The notes below the pieces were generated by a model. The model was not told the DNA's origin, ran no database searches, and was given only the letters and a program-made list of their open reading frames with translations. A program made the translations under genes and the position numbers. DNA of 64,000 nucleotides from Lama guanicoe (lineage: Eukaryota), in the NCBI GenBank assembly GCA_013239625.1, contig MU054001.1, forward strand, positions 1,553,884-1,617,883, written 5' to 3'. Shown here piece by piece: positions 1 through 64,000 of this stretch (position 1 is its first letter; every line of letters starts with the position of its first letter).

Positions 1-2832
1 AAAGGAGTGGGAAGAATTTCTCTGTTAGGCCTGGCTCCCTCCCATAAGGACTCTAGCCAAATTCTTTTCTTCTCTAAGCCTCAGTTAGCTACCTTAACTG
101 TGAAATGAAGAGATTGAAATGACTACGTGGTTCCCTACCCTTTAAACAAACAGCAGCTTTTATCTCCAGGGACCTGTGATTCTGAAAGATTTAAATAAGT
201 AGTTTGTATTAATTCAGTCAGTTTGTACTTCTTTTTTTCATCCAAGACCTGTATGATGCCAATCATTGCTTCTGATAATTGAGAAGTAGCCTGTGTTACT
301 GCACTGATTTGGTATAATTCTGTCAAAAAATAAAAACAATATGAACCTTAAGTTCACTTTTGTAACTTAATTGCCAGTAAATCTACATTTCCCATTGGGC
401 TTTTTGATATATTGAATATAATTCTCAGATTCCCATTACTAGTTGGAATCCATTAAACTTGACCTTCAAAATGATCCCCTTGAGAAGATGAGCCAGGATT
501 TGGGTTCTTCCTGTTCCCAACCTGTCCTTGGGAGTGCTCCCTCCATTTTCAGAAGAGTGTAATCATATATATGTAGAAAGCTCTGTATAACTGTCCCCCT
601 CCATTCCTTGGAGCTGGGGGAGGTTGACAATAAGAAAATACTGAGTTCTGATTTATATTTTTAGCCAACAGCACAAGAAAGATACAATCCAGAGGCAAAT
701 AAACATAGAGACAAATTTTTTCCTTTACACAATCTTAGATCAGAGAGCATTATTTTCATTTAGGAACTAAAGTAACAGTTTTGAGCGAACTCATTACCTT
801 TCAAATAGACTTCTTAGCTATTTTAGTGAAGCTTATTCCATTTAATTTACTAGCAACCTCCTGCAATCCTATTCAGAAGTGATACCTTGATTGTTATCTG
901 TGTATCTCTAGGAAGAGCTATTAATAACTGACACTTCTTTAAACAATACACTTGCAGAATGTCTGCCACTATTAAAAAATAAATAAAACCGTATAGGATT
1001 CCTTAATCCTTAGATTGTTTCAGCCTTATGCCCTAAACTTAGTCAGCCTAAAACTGTTACTCGAAAAGAACCTCTTCGTTCTGTCTTATAAATATCTTAC
1101 CTAACAACTTTCCAGAATCTCATAGCCTAGTTTTTGTATTCTGAAGCCCTCTCTTCTAAATGGTGTTAAGTACTACATTATAACATTTTGCCTCAAAAAA
1201 ATCAAGAAGCCTTTTTTTAGCATTCATAATCTGTACTGCAGCAAAGAATGAAATTCTGACTGGGGGCCTGGGGAGAGTTTTATGCCTGGGAAATGAAGTA
1301 TAAGAAACTTTCACTGGAGCAAAAGATTTTGGCTTCTTAAGCTTTCATATTAGACTATACATTACATAGCACCACTGTAAGTTTTTCCTTCTCCAGTGTA
1401 TCTGAGGTTTTAAGTTTCTGGATTTATTATGGCACCCAGTAGCAAAGCTGGAGTCAAGTGTTTTCAAGGCTTCCATTAGAAATTCCTCTTTCAGAGTTTA
1501 TTACTTGACTGTTTCAAATTATGTTAGAGAAACTTGGCACATAGGTTTTTGAGCTGGATTACTTTTTCAACATAAAATCTAATTTATTTCAGTTTGTTTT
1601 TAATCTTGTTTTTAAGAGCCAACAGCTCTTCTCATAGTTTTAAGAAGATATGATTATAATTCTAAATAATATGTCTTTTAAAAAAAGAAAAAGAAAGAAA
1701 AGAAACTGTACTTTCCAACTTTATGTTCATAATTTTTTCAAAATCTTAGTTGAAAAATAGAAGAAATTTATTTTTACAAGGTATTTGATTAGTATTCTTG
1801 ATATCTGTTTGCAGATCATTTCACCATATGTAATGCAGCATGTATGATTTGGTGCATGCCTGTCAGAGTTCATCTGACTGTTTTTACTATGCATTGTTCT
1901 TGCTGTTCAAATGTCTTCATCCTGAAGACTTGATGTTCCCTTCATAGTGCGTGGAACAGGGCAGGAAAATCTTATGTGGCAATCACTTGAAATATTGCTC
2001 GTAAAATTCGCCGTCTCTGTCCTTCAAAGAAAACCAGCTGGAGGCCTTCCTCCACATGCGGAGAGATCTAGGATGGGCCACTTAGCAATGACTCTAGCCC
2101 CTTCTTGCCTCCAGCATCCTTCTCACACTCCTTGTCAGCTTTCTCTGGCGTCTCCTTCCCTCTTTCCTCTCTCACATCCACCCTCATTCTTTCACCATTT
2201 CATTTATGTAAAAATATTGATTGGCAGGCTCGAGATCATTTTTCTTTGTACACCTTCCTGAAGACCAAACCACATTCTTCACACTGCTGCTTTTAACTTT
2301 AATGTACTTTGTATCATTGACTCAGCACTTTCAGCTTAACAGCAAGTTATCCTTTTCTTCTCATTGTTCCATCAAAAATCATAATAATGACTATTATGTA
2401 TAAAGCCCCTAAAACTGACACTTTACAACAATTAAAGACTTTCAAGTGTTGTATTGACCCAGAATAGGTGTAATCTAGCAAACTGACTTTTTTTTTTCAA
2501 GTACCGCATTATTATTGCTGTTTCCTAAATACAACTTCTGTTGTATTTGTGCCCACTTGTTGGGCCTCATTAGTATAAAATACTAAGTCACCTTTCTTGG
2601 CAATATTTTGAAAAGTTTAAACTCCAGAGACTTTAGGAAAATATTTAAGAAAGTATCCACCAATTAGACCAGTGAAAATTTTTGAAAGATACTTACTAGT
2701 CTTTGCCTTACAAAGAAAATTCAAAATGAAAACCTGCTATTTCTATGACCCTATGTGGCTAGATGGGTTATTGGGGCTTAATCCTTTGTTACTATCATCA
2801 AGTAATAGTTATTATTCAAACATATCTCATTC

Positions 2833-2854
2833 ATATATATATATATATATATAT
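2833..2854. repeat. (AT)11 microsatellite
   Basis: Perfect AT dinucleotide run. Confidence 0.9.
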
Positions 2855-4367
2855 CTTCTTGAAAATATTCACATGCTAAAAACAAGTATAATAAAATATC
2901 AGATACTGCTGAAAATATAAGAGTTGAAATTACTTGAATAGTGTTCTGTCCTTTTGTATCAATAAATGTCACTCTGTGGATTAGTCAAACCAAGTAATTC
3001 TGGGGAAGACAGATAAATTCTATTTTGACTTTTTAATATAGAAAAATATGAATATTTTCTTCCTATTCACAATATATTTTCCCTTCATAGTTTTTTTAGT
3101 GAGTGAAAATAATACTGAGGGAATGTTAGTGAGTGCACTATTGACTGTGTGCTCAGAACTACTAGATAACATGTTTTAGACACACAATTATTTTAACATT
3201 GTGTTAAGACTGTACCCTGGGCAAGATCCAGGTTCTTGGACTTGTTTATCTTCTGTGTGAGGACAACTAACTGTCCAATGCCAAAATACAATGAACTTTC
3301 AAATATCAAAGAGGAAAATTAAGTATTTCAAGTCCTCAGCTGGTTTACAGATGTGTGAGCTTTGTAGTCCATTTTCTGGCTCCAATAGGGCATTGTGACA
3401 ATTTTTCCAATATGTGTACACTAGATAAGTTTTGGAAGTAAAATTGCTCACTTTAAATACTGAAATAATTTTCTGAACTTAAAATTTTTATGTTTATTTT
3501 TTCTTAAAAGATGAAGTCTAAAACCAAGCTTCACAATTTTTAAAATACTTCTGAATGTAAAACATATGAAATTAAGGAACCTTTCTCTGTCAGGAAAATA
3601 AATGCCTTTTGAAAACAGGGACTCATTTAGATCTATGATTAACCTTTAACAAGATCTTCCTGTTAAATTCTACATTTGCTTTAATCTCAGTAGGAAAAAT
3701 ACAAACTAGTATTGCAGGATATAGAGTTTCTATATACCCTGTGGACGTTAAATGATCTCTTACAGCTAAAGGCACATCTGCAACATATTTAAATGCCAGC
3801 TTTGGGCATTATTAGTATAAAATGCTAAGTCACTTTTTTTGGAAATATTTTGGAAAGTCTGAACTCCAGGAGGAAACGCCAATAAATGGTAATCTTATGA
3901 TACCATTTGTTTTGAGGGAGTGGTGGGAAGATGAGTGGTTGTATTGCACGTTTTCATTTAGTGAAAAGTGGTATGATAGTCGTCCTTAAAATAAGCAGTT
4001 TGGTGGTGGAACAATGGCTGTGCTAAAGACCGATGGCCTTTTGCACCATCTTTCAGGACACTGGAAAATGATTTTAAATTCATATTATCCCTTGTTGTAG
4101 AGGTGATAGAAGTCATTAAATTTGGGGCTCCCTTCAAACTGTGAGAGTCTATGAGTTAAGGAAAGTTCAAGAATGATTATTGGTTGGTTTTAAACAATAA
4201 ATCTATCCTTAGAAGGTGTAATAAACTAAAAACCTCAGTGACTGATAATGCAAGTGTGAATTTTTTTCTAGGTAACATACAGTGAAAAATTGTAGTCCCA
4301 CGACAGACTTTTTTCCTTCTGTCTTGCATTTTTTATTCTCTCTCTTTTTCTTAAATACATCGTTTGA

Positions 4368-60056
<55,689 letters not shown>

Positions 60057-60344
60057 GTACATTTAAGTGTTCTGAATTACCTGGTGGTTTATATAAAGCC
60101 AATCTCGGTAGCATGGCGTGGTGAAAAAAGGCACGAGATGAGGAAGCGGAACACCTGACTTGTTCACTCTATGTTCTTGCATGAGTATGTGATCTCTCTG
60201 GGTCTCTTTCCTCCTAGAATTATAGTAGCCCTGCCTCTCATATAGAGTAACTGTAAAGATCCTATAGTGCTTTGCAAACCAAAAGACTGTATATTGTAGT
60301 ATATGGAGTATCCCATTGCCGTTCAATTCTAACTGTAAAGCGCA

Positions 60345-60570
60345 TAACAGTGGTTGCAAGGAAGGTGTACTCTGGACTCAATGGCTGGAGTACAAATTCT
60401 CATTTCATCGCTTACTAGCTGTCTGACTTCAGCCAGCCACCCTGTGCCTCACTTTCTGCATCTGTAAAGTGGAGATAATAATACCATATGGGGTTGTTGT
60501 GAGCATTAAATGATATGATACATGTAAGATGGATAGAATAGCATCTGACACATAGTAAGTGCACAGTGAG
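60345..60570 (+). mobile_element. MIR SINE
   Basis: cttactagctgtctgactt...ctgtgcctcactttctgcatctgtaaagtggagataata...gttgttgtgagcattaaatga...cacatagtaagtgc. Confidence 0.85.
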
Positions 60571-62424
60571 TACTCACTGCAGTCATTGTAAGTAGTAGTA
60601 ATATTAATATTTGTAATAGCTCATCAGCCTTTCAGACTAATTTTTACCTTACTGTCACTGTTTAATAATTCATCATTTCCTGTTATTTATTTTTTATGCT
60701 TTTTGGGGCAAATTTGAAGAGGACATTTTGCAATTTGGGTCAGTAGAGAAATTGTGCCCTTTTGAGAAGGAAGAAAACCTGATCTTAGTAAGTTTGTGCT
60801 TTTGAGTGAGCTCCCATTTGTGCAGGCGGAAGCGTTATCTAAGTGCTGCCTGTTAACCCCTGAGCTGGGCTTTGCCAGCGCCCCTTTGCTGGCTCGTCCC
60901 CGTTGGCCTGGGTGGACCCTTTATCTCTCCGTTGTCCTCTTCTCCTTGCCTTTATGGCCCATGGATAACAACGTCTTACTGCCTCAAAAAGGGAGCTTAC
61001 CTCACCACCTGAGAAAGACTCAAATGTTTCTCTTTCCTAGAGATCACGAAGTGAATGAAAAAGACATGATATTTTTCAAAAGAGCTTCCAGTTAGCAACT
61101 AATCTTCTGTTTCATGAAAGGAGACTGGAATTCTTAGCTCTTAGGATCTGATTGTAGCTTTTTCATTGGTTCCTTGAAATACATGTGTTATTTCTTTGGA
61201 TCTTAATTCTGACGAAAGAATGAGAAAACCCTGTTAATTACTCTCAGGTTCTGTTTTTCCCAGGACAGTAGATAATCACTCAAGTTTTACTTGCTTACTT
61301 TGTATACTTCAGTTTCTTTCAAGGGGTATCCCGGGTCACTAGTTTAAACAGCACTGGCCATGTCGTCTGCTCTCTGCGGTTAACAAGCTGGGTCATCACT
61401 GGCCAGGACTGAGTCTTAAAAATAAAAAATAAAAAAGTCCACAATAACTGTCATGACTGCCACTCTCCCATCGTTGTTTCCCTAAAAAAATCTCTCAGCG
61501 CTCCACAGAGACACAGATGTTCGTGTCATTTAGGAGAAAAACTGAGAGAGGTAGTGCAGGTGCAGAGTGACTGACATGGGGATGATGGCAGCTGAGGGAG
61601 GGCTTGGAGTGCTGGCTGCGCGCTCCTCTGACCGCCGCGGAAGGGACGGGACTGTCACGGGAGAGAATGCCCTGTCCCACTTCTCTCCCTCAAAAGTATC
61701 TCTTTCTTAAGGAAAAAAAAAGAGAGAGAGAGTTTACATTTACATTTTTCCACGGCCAAAAGGCAATTGTTACTCCAGTGAATGTTCTTACCTTTTTAAA
61801 ATACTCTGAGGTCACATTACTTAAAGTACCTGCTAGTTTATAAGAATTCATTTTCTCAGACAGCAGCCCTGTTGAATATTGGTGATAACTTATAGAGCCA
61901 CAGTTAGAGAAGTTTGAGAAATCTTCCCTGACTTGCATAAAATTATGTACATTGTATCATGAATTACATACAGTACCTTTGCATTCTGACCCAGGCTGGA
62001 TTTGCAAATATACAAGCGTCTCCTAAAAGGGGAGGCAACACACTGAAATGGGAATTTGAAAAGTATTTATTGGACGTCAGTTTTGACACCGACTTAAGGT
62101 TCCTTTTTTGTTTCTTTTCTTTAACCGTGTTCTGTTGTGCAGATCCAAGAGAACCATCAGCATTCCAACACATAAGACCCCCCAACAGGTGACCCTTAGA
62201 TTCTTCTATCCTGTTTCATATAAAAATGAAGTGTTTCAGAATGAGGCAAGAGTCAAAAATGTTAAATGAGCTAAGGAGTTTCAGTGCCTTGTGATTTCCT
62301 AAACTACAGCAAGTGACGTTTGAGGTCTAAATCTTGAGACCCAGCCCAAGGCCTGCCTTCGGCAGTAAACCTTCCCCAAATGAGCCAGCCTTCAATTAGG
62401 ACTTCAATGCTGCAGTTCACATAG

Positions 62425-62780
62425 TAATCCAACAAATATTTATGATCCCTACGTAAGTATCAGGAGCTAAAATGGTGAGCAAGGGGAAGTCTCTGCTCTC
62501 GTGGAGTTTACATCCCACTGAGCAGGATGGTCAACAAGTAAACCAAGAAACCAATTCCATGTTACCATAAGTACTAAGAAAAAGCTGAACGAGCTGCTAA
62601 AATAGAAAAGAACAGTGCAGGAAAACCCAAGGAGGTGACATTTAAGCTGGTTAGTGAAGAATGAGGGGACCCAGTCAAGTCGTGAGCAGCCCAAAGAAGA
62701 TGGTTCCAGGCAGAGGGAATTCCGGACATGAGGGAAGATAGAGGTGTGTTTTTAGGACCTGGCAAGGGACAGTTGCAGGA
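62425..62780 (-). mobile_element. L2 3' fragment
   Basis: atccaacaaatatttatga...ctgctctcgtggagtttacat...ggaggtgacatttaagctg...ttccaggcagagggaa. Confidence 0.75.
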
Positions 62781-63534
62781 GGGAGAGAAGGGAAGAGGAG
62801 GCAGGAGCAGCCCATGTGGGACTTCCTGTTTGGAACTCCCTTGGGTCCTTGGCATCCACCTGTGTGTATATCCAGGTCCTCAGACTAGACTGTCAGCCTC
62901 TTCAGCACATAAAGCAAGGTTTCACCTCTTTGTTCAAGATAAGGTAAGATGTGTCTGTGTTTCCATGTATGTGTACATACAGTTCAGCTTAAGCCAAGCT
63001 ATAGTTTTTAAATTATTTTAATATGTCTTCCTCCCTTTTCTGCTTAACTTTAATTTCTTAATTTTATATTTGACATCTCATTTTGCTCTTTATAGAATTT
63101 AAAGCCAGAATATTGCATTTTTTGTTTTTAGCGCTTTCTCTGGCACTTAGAAGGGCTTTTTTTTTCCTTTTTGTCTTAGTTCCCATATATTCAGTGCAGG
63201 CAATAGTCTGCATAAAGTGATATAAATATGATCCTTAGATATGAGACATTATATAAGGATAACACTTAACATTACAATCTGAAACCTTCTGTCTTTTCTG
63301 TAAGTCTTGTGGGTATAAAATGTGCATCAAATATCACTTCTAATTCCTGCTCATCTAAACATATTCATTTTAAGACAACTTCTTTCATCATCGTTCTTAT
63401 TTGAGTGATATAGTCCTTGTATAATTTGAGTGTCTCAGTTTTCAATTGAAGCAAGCCTTTCCCATGCCTTCTTTTTCTCTCCCCTTAGAAATGTAGAAGC
63501 TTAAGGAGCTCTATCTAGATTAAAAACAGTAATA

Positions 63535-63760
63535 ATAAAAGAGCAAACATTTACTCAGTGCTTACTATGTTCCAGGCACTGTTTACATGTATCATCTCAT
63601 TTGATCCTCACAAGAGCCCTACGAGATAGGTATAATTATTCTTAGTCTACATATAAGGAAACTGAGATCAGAGAGGTTATGTAACTTGTACAAGATTACA
63701 CAGCTAATAAGTCAGAAAGCAGAAATTTGAACCCAGAATGGATGCCCTTAACCACTCCAT
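63535..63760 (-). mobile_element. MIR SINE
   Basis: aacatttactcagtgcttactatgttccaggcactg...atctcatttgatcctcacaa...aaggaaactgagatcagagaggttatgtaacttg...atttgaacccag. Confidence 0.9.
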
Positions 63761-64000
63761 CTTAATCCCTCTGTTTTATGCATCGTATAAAATAACAATC
63801 TTATCCACTTGCAGACCAGGATCTGCACTCTTCACAATTATGTAATTATTGTGTGAATAGATACTACCTTTGGTTTCAACTTAAAGGATTTCTGTTTTCT
63901 AATCAAAATGTATTGCTAGCTAAAAACAGGACTTAGTAAAGGAATGAAATGTTGAATACTTATTTTTAACAAATTATTTTAAAATATTGTCATGTCTACC

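Noticed and set aside
60873..60893. CTCF site (gccagcgcccctttgctggc)
   Set aside because: Spacing is one base off the CTCF core and key positions mismatch; only a 6-bp inverted repeat remains.
60057..64000. Final RPGRIP1L exons (LRFTVVSDPP...)
   Set aside because: No matching coding sequence was found; these exons must lie beyond the window. Likewise no upstream exon was found in 1-4369.

Overview
Mammalian genomic DNA, almost certainly a camelid (camel, alpaca or llama), judged from two Vic-1-type tRNA-derived SINEs. The whole window lies inside the ciliary transition-zone gene RPGRIP1L (FTM/NPHP8/MKS5) on the + strand. I traced 18 coding exons (4370-60056), all with AG/GT boundaries and compatible phases. 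They splice to 2784 nt of uninterrupted reading frame covering coiled coils, two C2 domains, an acidic linker and the start of the RPGR-interacting domain. They correspond to about human exons 7-22, 24 and 25; the numbering and all human comparisons are recalled from memory, not aligned. The Alu-derived human exon is absent, and the start and stop codons lie outside the window. Introns hold typical eutherian repeats (L1, L2, MIR, hAT and TcMar MITEs, one MaLR LTR); repeat boundaries and subfamily names are approximate. I found no novel multi-gene system. The most interesting observations are a probable L1 3' transduction, a ~145-bp templated duplication flanking one exon, in-frame cryptic splice donors (one bisecting a PP1-docking RVxF motif) and several motif-dense candidate enhancers.
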